Source of the DNA: Lama guanicoe
Taxonomy: Eukaryota
DNA length: 64,000 nucleotides
Assembly (NCBI GenBank): GCA_013239625.1
Contig: MU053304.1
Span: 1,240,001 to 1,304,000 of the forward strand
Direction of reading: 5' to 3'
Below, piece by piece: positions 1-15,079 of the stretch. The notes below the pieces were generated by a model, which was given only the letters and a program-made list of their open reading frames with translations, was not told the DNA's origin and ran no database searches. A program made the position numbers and the translations under genes. How positions within the stretch are numbered: the stretch's first letter is position 1; each line of letters opens with the position of its first letter.

Positions 1-230
1 ATCCTTATAAGAAGAGGGGACCAGGACACAGACACAGAGAAGGAAGACCATGTGAAGACACAGACAGAAGAGGAGACACAAGCCAGGGAGAGATGCCTCT
101 GAAGATTCCAACCCTGCTGACACCCTGAGCATGGACTTCCAGCCTCCAGAATTGTGAGAAAATTGATTTCTGTAGCTTAAGCCACCCAGTCTGTGGTTCT
201 TTGCTGTGGCGGCCCTAGCAAACGAAAATA
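1..230 (+). mobile_element. MaLR LTR (MLT1-type) 3' portion
   Basis: Typical MLT1 text: 'accctgctgacaccctgagcatggacttccagcctccagaattgtgagaaaattgatttctgtagcttaagccacccagtctgtggttctttg'. Confidence 0.85.
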
Positions 231-794
231 GCGCCAAGCCTCGCTGTGTTGGAAGGGCTTTGCACAGCTTGTCTCCTTCGAGCTCAACCACAACTCTAAG
301 AGATAAATCCTTCCTTCTCAGATGCAGAAACTGAGGCCCAGGAAGTGATGATGAGGGGGCCTGAGGAAGGCTGCATCTCGGGCTGCTGGGGGGAGGGAGC
401 CCCAGCTGCTGACCCACCAGGGCCCCCTCCTTATCTGGCGTTTGGTCCTGTCCTCCATCTACCCCGCTCCCAACCCCACCCCTAAACGGACCTGTGTTGG
501 ACCCCTCACCCCCAACCTGCTCTACCAGCAGCTTTGTGCAGAGTCCCGAGATCTGAGATGCTGCCTGGCGCTACCAGAAGAAACAATTCTCTACGGAACC
601 ATTTCAGACACTGAGGCCAGTGGAGGGGGAGAAGTAAAGCAGCTTCGAGGGGAAGCATTTCCTCAGTGTCCCTTGAGACCGCCAGTCCTGATGCACTGAC
701 TCGCAGGCCTGTGCAGAGGCAGATTCTCCAGGACGAGGGTGTGAGGGTCCCGCAGGTTCTCCAGCTGCCGCTCCCAGTCAGGTGACAGCGGTGG

Positions 795-1010
795 TCAGTA
801 TTTGTGGAGGTCCTACCAGGTGCCAAGCCTTGTCCCAAGTGCATGATGTTGAGTTTCTCATTTAACCCTCTGAGCAGCCCTCCGAGGTGGTCACGGATAC
901 TGTCACCACTTTACAGGTGGGGAAACTGGGGCTTAGGGGGCTCAAGTGACTGTTAAGCGGTTGGGTCGGGATCCTGTCTGATTCTAGTGCTGGGTCCCTT
1001 CACCACTAAC
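795..1010 (-). mobile_element. MIR SINE
   Basis: MIR core 'ctcatttaaccctc...cactttacaggtggggaaactggggcttag'. Confidence 0.7.
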
Positions 1011-1789
1011 TGACACCGGCTGTATCCCCTGCCACGTGCTGCCTTAGGCTGCTGTTGGTCGGGCCTGTTCCCCAGGCCCCTTGCTCTTTTAGGAAAGAAT
1101 TCATGGGAAAGAGACGGAAACTCTGACAGCCCGCGTGACAAAGGTCTGAACTCCTGAACACATGGTCAGAAACCTCCCCTGCCTGCACCCCTCCCCCGCT
1201 GATCCCTCTACCTGGGAGCTGCGATTGTCCCCTCTGTCTGACGTTTCCCCCTCCAAGGCTACCCCGTGCTCATCTCAGCTGGGGTCACAGGGAGGAGGAG
1301 GTGCCCCTGCTGCCAGCTCTCTGTCATCAGTAGCAGGTTGTGGAACAGCCTGGTCAGTCCACAGCAGTAGGGGAGGGGATTGTCCTGGACTTCCCAAGGA
1401 TCAAGGACAGCCTGGGGACAGTGTGAAGCCAGACCTGTGGGTCCTGGTTGGTGGCCCGCTTGTGCTCTGCCCACTCCCCTCTGGCCTCCAGGGCCTGTGC
1501 CCTTTACTCACTGAAAAGAGTGCCCAGGAGGGCCCTCCGGGACCTTCTGACCACGAGCTGTGAAGCATGGTTTCGGGAGTCTGGCCGGGAGCCTCTGCCT
1601 TCCCCTGCTGGCTGCACAGCCCTGGACACTCTGCGGGTCGGAATCTGGGTGAAGGTGAACCAGGCAGGCCCTTCTCCTCTCCCCAGAGCCAGAGGGCAGC
1701 CGCCTGTGACCCAGCTGCCTCTCCCCGGGGTGAGTGTGGCAGACTGGTGGGGGGGACCCGTGCCCTCTGTGTGTGTGTAGGGGGGCCAC

Positions 1790-2210
1790 AGGGGATGGAG
1801 CGCGTGTGTCCGTGCGCATGGCCACGTCTACTGGCGAGCCTGGCCCCCGGCACGTCCCTGCCTCCGACGGGAAGGTGCTTGGCACAGGAAGAGGGCGGTG
1901 GTGTCAACAGGCCAGGCCGGGACACAGAGGCAGGTGGACTGGATGGCCTTGGTGGGAAGCCAGAGGGCATGACGAGGCTGCCTAAGGCTGCGCCCGCTTG
2001 GCCAGGTCTGAGGACGCGGCGGGGCCCCAGCTCCGGGTGCACCACCCCCTCCGCCGCCCCACCTGCCCATCGGGGCCGCTCCAGCTGCGGCCGGGGGGCT
2101 GGCTTGATGTGGCGGGTGGAGGAGCGCAAGAGGGGCGCCGCTGTGCCTCCTGGTGGGGCTCTCCCCTCCACACTCACCCTGCCTTATGGGCTGGCTTCCG
2201 GGCTCTCCTT
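1790..2210. promoter_or_regulatory. Small CpG-rich island with a CTCF-like motif (minus-strand CCACCAGGAGGCAC, 2143-2156)
   Basis: High GC and many intact CpGs relative to the flanks; motif matched by eye. Confidence 0.45.
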
Positions 2211-4089
2211 CAGGAAAAGTAGTGTAACTGCCTTTCCCTCTGAGCCCTTCATAATTTGCAATCCACTAACCCCTGTCTTCCCTCATCAGACACCCAACAC
2301 CCCGTGTCTCATTTTCTGGATGATTCTGCAGTTCTAGAAATGATAACCTGTTAATGTTCTGCAAAGGTGCTTTCTGTCTCCCCTGGAAAGTGGGCAACAT
2401 ATACTTCGGGATTCCACAGGACACCTCTGGCTACTTCCAGCTGGAAGGGGCAGAATGAGAGGACCCAGGGCCTGAGTTAGACTGGCTAGGCAGGTTGGGG
2501 TGACTGAGACAACGGGGGTGCCTTGAGAAAGCTGGGTGGGCAGGCAGCACAGCGGGTGGTGGGCGGGGTCTGAGAGGGCAGCGCTGGCGTATTCCTGTGG
2601 GTGGCTGGGAGTGGTAGGAGGAAGACAGGAAACCAGGAGCAGGGGGTGGGAAGGGCGGGGGGTCCAGGGACGGCAGCAGAGGTCTGGCTAAAGATGCGAA
2701 AGGCACACCAGGCCAGGCAGAGCCGTGCTCAGTGGGAGCTGGAGCTTGGGGCAGGGACTGTCCCAGGAGCTGTGGTCACCAGGGGGCTGTGGCCGAGGGA
2801 CCCAAAGGCATACTTGTGTGGCCTGTGAAAGGCCTGCTCAGAGCAGGTCAAGGCTGTTGAGAGGGGTCACTGGAGGCTTGAGAGGAAGCAGGTAGCCTGG
2901 ACCTATACCTGCTGGGCAGGTGTGCAGGTCGGGGCAGGGTCAGAGACAGAAGGATGAGGAACTTTCCTTTGGAAGAGCCTGCAGAGGGCGTGGCCACCAT
3001 AGGGGCCATGAGTCTGTGATGGGGGTGCTACACCCAGAGCGGGGCTGCTGGTCGGCGGAGGGAGGTTCGGCCTGTCCAGGAAAGGGTCTTTGTGGGGCAT
3101 CTGCCATCCGGTCACTGCAGGGCTGTGGCAGAGACCTGCGGTTTGGACGCAATGGCCACTGAGGGGTCTGGGTCTGGGTCTGGAGAACAGAGGCCCCCAC
3201 TCGCCCGCAGCCCCCTTTCAGCGGGCACCCTACCCAGTCTAAGAGCTGGTTTCTTCCCTTCATGGACTAGTTCCTTCCAGATGCCTGTGAAAACCCTGAC
3301 ATGTGCAGGACTCTGCGGAAGCAGAGCCCGGCTTTCAGGCCCCACGACAAGGCAGAAAGGCCAGTGCACCCAAAGACGTGAAGACAGAATGTGGGCTCCA
3401 GAGTGGGGCCGTCAGGTGGCCTGGGGCCATGGAGCAAGAGGCCCGACTAGGCCTTGAGGGAGACCAGGGGGCCAGGACCATGGGGGGAGTGGCGGCATGA
3501 GAAAAGCCTGAAGAGTCACAGCTAAAATGACACCAGCTAAAGCAATGAGGGATTAGCACTTGTGCCTCCAGTCAGCAGGGCACGAGAGAGGCTGTGAAGC
3601 GCTGGCTCCAGGCCCAGCAGAGTGAGCAAGTGTTAAGTGCGGGTAGATGGCTGTGGTCTTCAGTACCGGAGGTGGGTCTCCAGGAAACTGTGAAAGGCGG
3701 ACTGAGTTTTGAGAGTCAGCCTCTTTTGGAACCAACCCAGCTACCCTTTTGCATCGTTTCTGCCCTTCAACCCCTTCCCTGTCCCCATGGGCAGGGCTGG
3801 ACCCCTGGTGGACCCAGCCCTCCATTGCCTGGCCCTCCTGAGCTGAGACCCTGTGTGACGGCGAGACAGCTCCATTTTCCTACAAGCCCTGTCCCCCATC
3901 TGCCAGGTACCACAGTGCTGGCCCCACTCTACAGTGGATTAAGATGTCCTTTCACCTCTGCCTGGCCGGTTCCACTGGGGGTGGTACCAGGAGAGGGTCG
4001 GGGACAAGCTCCTGTGAAACTTGGGGGGTGCTTCAGCCTCTGGAGAAATGCCTGGATCCCGTGGTTACTCCAAGGGTGCCCTAAGGCAA

Positions 4090-4700
4090 TTTTGAGAGTG
4101 CTCCCGAACTCGAGTGAGGAAACCTAACCCTGATCCCAACTCAGAGAAGCCAGCGCATCATTCGAATGACCATCCATGCCTCAAAACCTGCTCCCTGTCC
4201 AGACGTAGCCCTGTCACCTACCCAGATGTTAATCTCCTCACCTGCTTTGGGACACCCCTCCCACACATATCCAAGTGACCGCAGTTCATTCGACCCAGAC
4301 TCTACCCCCCACCCCCCAGGCCCTCATCTTCTACCCTGCTGCCTGTTATTATTACGTTAGTCTCTCAATGTCTGGGTCCCCTCCAGGCACTCCCCTTCGG
4401 GGCCATTCTCCAAAGAGCTAAGCAAGAATCTTAGAAGTGCAAACCTCATCACCCGAGTTCCCCTTAATGGATTTCACTTGCCTTCTAGATAAAACCCCCG
4501 TCCCTCGGCAGACAAGGCCTCCTCCTGCGGTCAGCCTGTCCCTCTCCCCTCCTGGCCACTTCTTGGACCTCAGGGCCCAGGCCTCTGAAATCTCCCCCTG
4601 AAACCCCTGGACCTTTCTCTCTTGGAACCACGACACCTTTGCACCTGACCCCTCTGCCTGGGACACCTACTCAGCCCAAACTTTATATTCCCTCCTAACT
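4090..4700 (+). mobile_element. Degraded L2 fragment
   Basis: C/T-rich L2-like 3' region text (aaacctgctcc..., tgccttctagataaaacc..., gcacctgacccctctgcctgggacac). Confidence 0.45.
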
Positions 4701-7447
4701 CCTACTCACCTTGAATTTTATTTCCAATGTTTATGTCAAATCTTACTTAGTTTTGTTTTTGTTTTTGTTTTTTTTAAGTGGAAACCTCTGTTGTGCTTGT
4801 CGGTGTCCTGCCGGGTGGCTCTGCTCGGGGTCCCTGGGTCCCCGCCTTGGGATGCCTTCCTCACCCCCCTTCTGGGCGCCTCCCATCTGGGCTCCCTGCT
4901 GCCTCTGATGAGCACACGGGTAGTTACCCCTGTAATGGTTCATGCCTGTTGGTTTCTCAATATTTTATCCTCAGTACCCAGTAGCTCCTGAATTATGTTG
5001 GGTGTTAAGAAAGGTATTAATTAAAATATCTTTAATGCATATTCTATTTCAAAGCTATAGATCCAAGTGTGTGAATCTTTAAAATTAAAATTTTAAAGAG
5101 CTTAATTATTCTACAACTGAATTTCTATCTCAAACCCCCTTCCTGCCTCATGGCGGATACTTTAGCCAGGAAATCCACCCCCTCTGTGACTCCCCCTCCC
5201 CCATAGTCCAATTTATGCTTTTTATTCTATTTTCTTCCCCTCACTTCTGTAACAGGAACCAAGTCAGGGTGCCTCTCTGAAGTGTCCGGACACTGAGGGG
5301 AAGAGCTGGTTCCCTGGAGGCCGTGCAGAAATGCCCCTGACGTCTGCCGTGTCCTTTGTCTGGCAGTGGACATCTGTCCCCCAGCCTTTGCTGAGATGCC
5401 TTCCCAGCAAATCCAGAAGACAGAAGGGAGCAACTGCTGAGTGTGGGCCGGTGGCTTCAGTCATATCAAAGAGCACCGTCCCTCAACAAACCCCAAACCT
5501 CAGGATCCTACCTTGAAAGGGGCCTTAGAGCAGAAAGGGTGGATGTGAGTAATAACCCACCCGCTTCCCACCTCCTGGTTCCAAAGTAGGGAGGGGCTGG
5601 AAGAGAGGCTGAGCCTCGGAGAAGGTGCCCTTATCTGGGGCAGCACAGTAATGAGACTTTGCATATGAAGGAGCCCTGTGGGGCCCGGGCTGGTGTAGGA
5701 AGTTGTGGTGGTAGGAATGGTTCTGCATAACAAAGAGGGAGGGATATTTTTGGAGTGAGTTAGGGGTGGGGTTCAGGGATTGGCCCAGCGTGTGAGTGGA
5801 GAGGGTGGAGCCACTGCTGGCAGAAAGGCCAAGGGACTTTGTAAGAATAGGGACGCCTCCTTTGTCCCTGCACCCGAATTGGAGTGCTTACCCTGGGAAC
5901 AGAAGGGAGGCTCTTTGCGTCTCAAGTTCAAACTCCCACTCACTTGCCCTTGGGGAAGCCCTGGGGGAGGTAGCCTGCGATCCTGGTGTGACCCCAGAAA
6001 AATGATCAGTTGTCCCCTGTAAACAGACAGTTCTGGGAAGGGGTCAGCTTTGAGGCACGAGGTCACTTGGACAAACCTGGGGTATGGAGAAGTCAGCTCC
6101 CCAATCTCCTCTGTGAACACATTTAGCACCTGGGGTGATTTTAATACAGATTGTACACCAACCATCTGTAAAAGAAAAATGGTCCCCAAACTGGTTGGGG
6201 ACAGAAATTTTCTTCTGTGATGCAATGAGCAATTTCCTTCTGGAAAGACATCAGCATTCCCGATGAATTGCAGGAGCAAGTTTCTGATAAGCTTTGATGG
6301 AGTTAAGACTGGTGGGAAACCAGTGCTCAGCCCACCCAGCTGCCCCTAAGAAGGAGGGGGTGGCAGCTCTGCCTCTGTGCATCTGAGGGGACATGGAAAT
6401 AGTTCTTTCCCAGCTGCTTCCACAAAGAGAGGTTATAACACAAAAAACATGCCCTGAAATAGCAATGAAATGTGTGGTAGAGGGTCCACTTGACTCCAAA
6501 CTAGGACTCAAGATAGAAACGGGCTTATGGCGACCTGTATGGTCAGATGGATTTGGGGAGGGAACACCACACGCTGAGGGATGAGGGAGCTGGACCCCAT
6601 GAGGGTGACCCTTGTCCATACAGGTGATAGTTGCTTGGCCTGCCTCCCTCCGATGTTGTGATGATCAAATGACATAAGGATCAGATGGTAACATAATTGG
6701 AAAAGTAGGAGGTGGTTTGTAAATCAGGGAGTTAGTATTAATCTCATCTGACTCAGAGATGACCCGCCCCATGCCAGAAAAGCTCAGGATGCAGGATCCA
6801 CCCCAGCCTCCCTAAAATAGGCCTCTTTTCAATGGCATGCAATTTCCCCATCATCCAAAGATGCAGCTCACCCTGTGCACTTTCTCTATGATTTCTCCAG
6901 CTCTAAAGCCCTCTGAAGTGCGTGGCTTCCTTCCTTCCTGCAGCAGCTTCCTCACCCTACTCCTGTAGGCTCCCGTCCAGGATCCCCAGCAGTCAGTCCA
7001 GCCCAGGCCCTCCCCAGCCTGCTGCCTGCTCTTCAGCAAAGCCAAGGCCACCGGAGCTGGTATTGGAAGAAAAGGGTTAGTCGCCGCCGTCTCAGCTCCT
7101 GGCAGCCCCGACCAGCCTCTCCCCACCCCCAGCTCAGGCACAACGAGGATGTCTGTCTCCCTGCTGATTATGAGATAGCTCATGGCTGTTAGGTCTGCTT
7201 GAATAAGCCCTTTTGTCTAAGAGAATTTTCCCATGTCAAACATTTAGTCTGTTGTGTTATGGGTCAGTGAGCAAAGAGATAAGTCTGAATTCTTAAACAA
7301 CCTTGTGAGCACAAGACATCTGCCTGAAAGGCAATCAAACAACATCTGTCACACTGTCCTCAACTTTCAAGACCCTTTCTTAAAAAGCAAATCATCGTTT
7401 TATGTTTACATGTCTTTTAAAATTCAAATATTACAGAAATATATACT

Positions 7448-7636
7448 TTAAAAAAATGGAAGTGTAGTGAGTTACAATGTGTCAATCTCTGGTGTACAGC
7501 ATAATGTTTCAGTCATACATATACACACATATATTCATTTTCGTATTCTTTTTCATTATAGGTTACTACCAGATATTGAATATAGTTCCCTGGGCTATAC
7601 AGAAGACATTTGATTTTTTAAATCTATTTTATATAT
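7448..7636 (-). mobile_element. 5'-truncated L1 (3' UTR tip) with TSD
   Basis: L1 3' UTR text; flanking acagaaatatatact (7433-7447) and acagaaatacatact (7637-7651). Confidence 0.8.
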
Positions 7637-8849
7637 ACAGAAATACATACTCTGGAAGATGGAAGTCCCTCATAAATCTGCACCTGCCTTTCCCCCTCCC
7701 TCCAGTACCAGAAAACTACTGTTAATACTTCGTTGTCTGTTGCTCAACTTTTCTTTTCTGCACCTACTAACATAGATACTACTATTATCATTAACTTCTT
7801 TTTTAAAACATATTTTTATTGAAGTACAGTCAGTGTACAATGTTGTGTCAGTTTCTGGCATCATTATCTTTTTTATCATTGTACCATAGATATGTTTTGC
7901 AACTTGCCTTTTGACTTAACATATAACTTGTTTCAGTACTAGGATCTCATTTTTAAACAATTGTACAGTGTTCGTTGAGTCTATGAATAATCATGTATTT
8001 AATGGGCTTCCTGTTGACAGATATTTGGAACTCAACCCTTTCCAACCCAATTTTTCCTTTATATAAACAATACTGCAGTGGATATGCTGGCACATACTTT
8101 TAGGATACTTGTGAGAGGGTTCCTAGGAGTACAGGCTACGTTTCTAGAAGCAGAAATACTGAGTGAAAGGTAGAAACACTTAAAACTGAGTAGGCATTGC
8201 CATGTTGACTGGGCAAGCATGGATTTCTTGCAGGTAGAAAGTGCCACTGGGCACCTAGAGGGGTCAGTGCCAACAATGGGAAGAAGCGGAAGCTCATCCG
8301 GGTACCCCTGGGAGTGTTTCCCCAGCTGCCTACAAGGCTTGAGGACTAACCCAGGAATAAACTATCAGTCTAGAAAGGAGTGAGCCATCAGCGGAGTGAA
8401 TCCCAGGGAGGTGAGTCCTGAATGACGTGGACATTGTGTGACTAGCACAATCCTTTTGAGAGACACCTCTTCCCACTCCCCATCTCCAACCACCGAGTGT
8501 CAGTAGGAGCTGCTGATGCTGTTGTTTGCCGGCCTAGCCAGGGGTCAGCAAATACAATCTCTGGCTGATTAGAAGCCTTCCCTAGCGCTTTTTGATTGGG
8601 AAGTAAGAGAAGAGAGGTCTTGTTCCAGGTGAGAGGTTGGAAATGCCTGAGTCCAGAGTCAGCCAGGCGCCATGGTTTCTGTCCTGTAGAGGAAGACATT
8701 TGGGGAGACTGTGGTTGACTCCCAAACAGAAACTGAGACAAGAGGCAAAGAGAGCTCCAGAGCCTGGTGATCGAGGTTCTGATTCTTGCCTTGCCCAAGG
8801 CCCAAGGGCTAGTCCTTTTGATATGAGCCAAATAATTAGTTTTGCTTGG

Positions 8850-9430
8850 TTTTGACCTTTGTATAAATGGAATTATACGATTTGTACCCATTTGTCCTCA
8901 TTGATGCAACAGTAATCAGTGAGATTCATCCACGTTGTTGCACATGGCAACAGCTTTTTCAGTTTAACTGCCTCGTAGTATTCCAATGAGCTTGAGTACA
9001 TACCTCTGAATAGGATTTTGGGGCCACGTGATAACTCTATGATAACATCTGAGGAACTGCCAGACTGTTTCCCAAAACAATTGCACCATTTTTAAGTTCC
9101 CACCAGCAAAGCATGAGAGTCTCACTTTCTCTACATTCACATCGATATGTGTCATTGTCTGTCTTTTTGATTACAGTCGTCCTAATGGGTGTGAAGTGGT
9201 GTTCCACGGGGGTTTTGATGCATGGCTAGTGATGTTGAGCACGTTTTCATGTGTTCGTTGGCCATTTGTTAATCTTCTTTGGAGAAAAGCCTGTTCAAAT
9301 CCTTTGCCCATTTAAAAATTGGGTTATTTGTCTCTTTCACTAATGAATTATAAGAATTCTTTAAATAGCCTGGATACTAGACTCTTATCACATGTATGAT
9401 TCGCAGATATTTTCTCTTATTCTGAGGCTG
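8850..9430 (-). mobile_element. Old L1M fragment
   Basis: 'gaggaactgccagactgtttccc...ttggccatttg...tctttggagaaaagcctgttcaaatcctttgcccattt'. Confidence 0.8.
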
Positions 9431-10409
9431 ACTTGTGTTTTCAAAAGATCACTCTGGTTACTCTTTTGGCAGCAGACTGTGGGGAGAGGGCAGAGCTGAA
9501 GTAGGGAGAACAGACAGGAGGCTAACGTAGTCATCCAGACGAGAGATGATGCTGGTCAAAACACATTCAGAGTTTCTGAGTTGTAAAGCAGAGCCTGGGC
9601 CTGCTCTTAAATCTCTGTCTGGTTCTGGCCCTGGCACTGCCTTTGACCCTCCCCGGTTCTGACCTGGTTTTTTGTCTGCAGCTTTGCTCATGCCTACCTG
9701 ATTTCAGTTTATGTCCACGTCTCCAGTTTCTCTTTAATTTCCTTATATATTAATTTCATCTCACCAAATTGTAGGCAGCTTTGTGTATCACCCCACATTC
9801 CCTCTGTAACGGGCACAAAGCGTGGGGAAATAAAAGGGGTAGAGAGGGAAGCGGGTGGACAGACTCCTGGGCTTCGTGGACTCGCAGAAGCTGGACTCTT
9901 TCTTCTGATGCTTGCCCTCCCTTAGTTATTTATCTGGCCCTGCTTTCTGGTTCCACTCCCTGGATTCCCACTTGCCCATGATGTACTGCAAGCCTGGTAA
10001 GGGACTCAGAAGTGGAGGGATGCGATAGAGAGCCTTGGGGGACATCCCATAGATACTTGAAGACACAGACACTCCATTCTTTTTCTGCCTGTGGGGAAGC
10101 CTCTTCCAAATCTGCATGTCACTGAGCTTTAACAGGCACGCGTCGAGCCCTGGACACCCCACTCTCCTCTCTGGGAGTTAAGAGTGGCGGCTACAAAGCT
10201 TGCTAGACACAAAGACTGTACCCAAGATTTGACTGAATTTTTACATATTAGAAACAAATTATTAGAGATAAAAACTTTAAAGAACTATCATGTAAGATGG
10301 CCAGGGCTGGGACTACGGTAAAGCTAGACCCAGAGGCATCCGGGCGCAAAGTTTAAGGAAGCAGTCACTCTTCTTCTCATCTCTTGTTTTACTCTGGTCC
10401 TGGCCTTAA

Positions 10410-11050
10410 GAAAGTAAGAAAATATCAAATACCCAGGAAAAAAAATCTGATGAAAGAGATTTAAGATTTCTATAATGAATACACTGAACATTTAGAGAGA
10501 ATTTAAAGGAGGACAAAGCAGGTGAAGAGCTATACTTTGTTCATGGATTAGAGGACTAAACATTGTTCAAAACTAAATGTGACAGTTCTTCCTAAATCCA
10601 CCTATAGATTCAGGGCAACAATAAAAATCCTAACTGGTGACTTGGTGGTAATTGAGAAGACGATTCTGAAATTTATACAGAAATCCAAATAATTTAAAAT
10701 AGCCAAAGTAATTCTGAATAAAAACAAACCTGGAAGACTTACACTACCTGATTCCAAGACTTACTATAAAGCTACAGTAATCAAGACAGTCTGGTGGTGG
10801 TGCCAGAATAGACAAATAGTCTGGTGGAACAGAAAAGGGGGTCAAGAAACTGTCCTCACATTTTTGGTTCTTGAATTTGTGGCGAAAGCTCCATGGCAAG
10901 TCAGTAAAGAAACAATTTTTTTCCAATAGATAATGTGGGTCAATTGAACAACCTTATAGAAAAAATTAATCTTGACCCCTTACCTCACACAATATACATT
11001 AATTAATTTGAGATGGATCATAGTCCTAAACGTGAAAGTTAAAACAGTAA
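10410..11050 (+). mobile_element. Old L1 ORF2 fragment
   Basis: 'ggaagacttacactacctgattccaagacttactataaagctacagtaatcaagacagt' is degenerate ORF2. Confidence 0.8.
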
Positions 11051-11217
11051 GTATGATGGCTTATCTTGATCTTGGTGGTGATTATATGCCTCTATGAACA
11101 TGTTAAAAGTTTGTCCACTTTCTGACAATTCCTCCAGCAATATTATCTATGTTGTACGCTTTTCTAATCTATGAATTATAGTCCACAGCAAAATTTATTT
11201 AAAAAGTATAAAAGGAG

Positions 11218-12794
<1,577 letters not shown>

Positions 12795-13299
12795 AAAAAG
12801 TATAAAAGGAGTGTCAGAAGTATACATGCAAATGATTAAATTTTACCATGAGTAATTTACACTTTAACAAGAAAATGAAAAAACAAATTAGGTAAGGCTA
12901 TTGGGCTGTTGGGAGCTAGCCACCCTGACACAGATCAGTCACCAACTTCAACCTGATGAACTGTGCACCATGGCAGCCCTGCCCCCACGTACAATTCATC
13001 CCATTCCGAAGACATCATAAGAGGAAGTGGAGAGAGAGCTCAGTGGGCAGGAAGAAGGCAGAAGAGTGGTGTGATGAGTATCTGACTCTATTTAGAATCA
13101 GTTTCAAGATGTGATGAGCATGCAGAAGAGAATGGAAAACCCCGCTGCCTCCTGTCCCCAGCTTTCAGACAGGAAACTCAGCTATGAGTAAAACCAGAAC
13201 GCCAGTGTGATTGATGTGTTGAGTGGAGAAGCAGCAAGATGTCATTTTGTCCCCTCATGCCAACTCAAATCTGCTCTCTGAAACTATCTTATCTTTCCC

Positions 13300-13700
13300 T
13301 GGTGTCGTCTTTTGCCTCTCTCCAGAAACAGACCCAGAGACAGAATTGGAGGGCAAGCCCTTTTTATATGGAGGCAATCCCAGGACACACAGGTAGGGGG
13401 AGTGAGGAGGTGAAATAGGGAGGGAATGAGCCAACGGGGAGGGAGTTTCCAGGCCTGGTATCACAGAGCCACCCCAACCGGCTGCCAGGAAGCCGGGGTA
13501 CTTAATCCTGCCCCTCACTGGTGAAGGACAATCTCCAGGTACCTGAGTTCTACGGCACTTCTGGTTTGCTTTGCTTAGGGTCAGACACCCACCCAGGTCA
13601 GATCAAAACCCTCAGCCGGCATTGCAGGTATTGGCAACACACAGCCTTCCTGCACAGGGTTACTCCTGAGGAATCGTGGGCATGACAGTGTCCACTAAAG
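13300..13700 (-). mobile_element. Old ERVL-type LTR fragment
   Basis: LTR33/LTR16-like text ('agaaacagacccagagacagaattggagggcaag...ggaggcaatcccagga'); family uncertain. Confidence 0.4.
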
Positions 13701-14277
13701 CTGGTGAAGTCTGAGGAGGGCCCATCGTTTTTCCAGGCCCTATTAATCACAAGAATAGACGCCTGTTAACAAACAAAAAAGTCTGATCGGTTCTAATATT
13801 CAATATTCTATTGTACTTAAATCCTCTCTGTGACGTTAGCTGGGTCCTGTTGTCGCGTGGACACCAGCAGGATAATAGTCTGATTTTTTTTCTGACTCAG
13901 TCTTTTCCTCCTTTACTACCTGTTCTTTTTGGTCTCTGTAAGGACTTCAGCTCTGTAGGGCTGAAGTGAGCAGAGGAGGTAACGGGCAAGAAAGGCTTTG
14001 CTTAACTGGTTCCGTTGTAACTTGGCTCTGGTGTTCTCCGAGCAGGCGAGATGTCCAGTTACTGGATTATTTTCTCAAGGAGCATTTTTTGGGGGATCCT
14101 CAGGGATTCTACCTTTGGTGGGAAGCTTACACCTGGTTTCCTTGAAGTGAGCAATGGCTCCCCCTGCTGGCTAAATGATTATCAGCACAAGGCTCCCCCT
14201 GCTGCTTTCTGATTCATACCCCGTTGTACTTCTGTGTGATTCTCTTGGGGACACTCTTTCAAGAAGACCTGGCCTGA

Positions 14278-14367
14278 TTATCTATCTATCTATCTATCTA
14301 TCTACCTACCTACCTACCTACCTACCTACCTACCTATCTACCTACCTATCTATCTATCCATCTACCT
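14278..14367. repeat. (TATC)n/(TACC)n tetranucleotide microsatellite
   Basis: Directly visible. Confidence 0.95.
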
Positions 14368-14399
14368 AAAGTACATAAATAAACCATGTTTACTGTAGG

Positions 14400-14550
14400 A
14401 CAATGGGTGTGTGGGGAATATGATCTTGCTCCCCAGGGGACATTTGGCAATGTCTGGAGACATACTGATTGTCACAAAGACACAGGACAGGCCCCAAAAT
14501 AAAGAATTGTCTGGCCCCGAATATCAATAGTGCTAAAGGTTGAGACATCA
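14400..14550 (+). mobile_element. MER20-like hAT DNA transposon fossil
   Basis: 'ccccaggggacatttggcaatgtctggagaca...aagaattgtctggccccgaatatcaatagtgctaaaggttgaga'. Confidence 0.8.
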
Positions 14551-14811
14551 TTTGTAGAACAATAGACAATTCAATTGAAGAAGCAAATGTAAAAATAATT
14601 ACTGCTAGAGATTCCGACCAAATTCTTCCAGATAGGTTTTTAAGATAAAAAAATACATTTGGAAATGATTACAGATATATGAAGAAAGAAATGTGATTAT
14701 CATATATATATACTGTTTTGTAACTTTATTTCAATTAATAATATTACTCCATTTCAGTGATTTTATATCTGACACATCATTTTCCATCCCATCATAAAAC
14801 ACACTTTTAGT

Positions 14812-14941
14812 GGGGAGAGTATAGCTCAAGTGGTAGAGCACATGCTTAGCATACACAGGGGCCTGGGTTCAATCCCCAGTACCTCTTCCAAAAATTAATA
14901 AACCTAATTACATCCCCCACCAAAAAAATAATAAAATAAAA
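14812..14941 (+). mobile_element. tRNA-derived SINE (camelid Vic-1-like)
   Basis: A box tagctcaagtgg, B box ggttcaatcc, A-rich tail; TSD aaaacacactttta at 14796-14809 and 14942-14955. Confidence 0.9.
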
Positions 14942-15079
14942 AAAACACACTTTTAAATAATAAAAGTATACATTCGTGTAGTTAAAAGTGAGAATTACAC
15001 GAGTGAAAAAACGTTCTTTCACAGTGGTGATGTACAAGTTAGTTCGTGTGAATTCTTTAAACACCACAAATTGGATTGT

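Noticed and set aside
1401..2337. Overlapping 256-258 aa ORFs on both strands
   Set aside because: Low-complexity G/P/A/R-rich translations expected from GC-rich DNA; no recognisable domain.
5773..6279. 168-aa minus-strand ORF with an exon-like segment at about 6079-6166
   Set aside because: No recognisable homology or partner exons; cannot be supported without transcript data.
14812..14885. tRNA-like sequence (also at about 29815-29888 and 33790-33862)
   Set aside because: A-rich tails and TSDs show these are SINEs, not tRNA genes.
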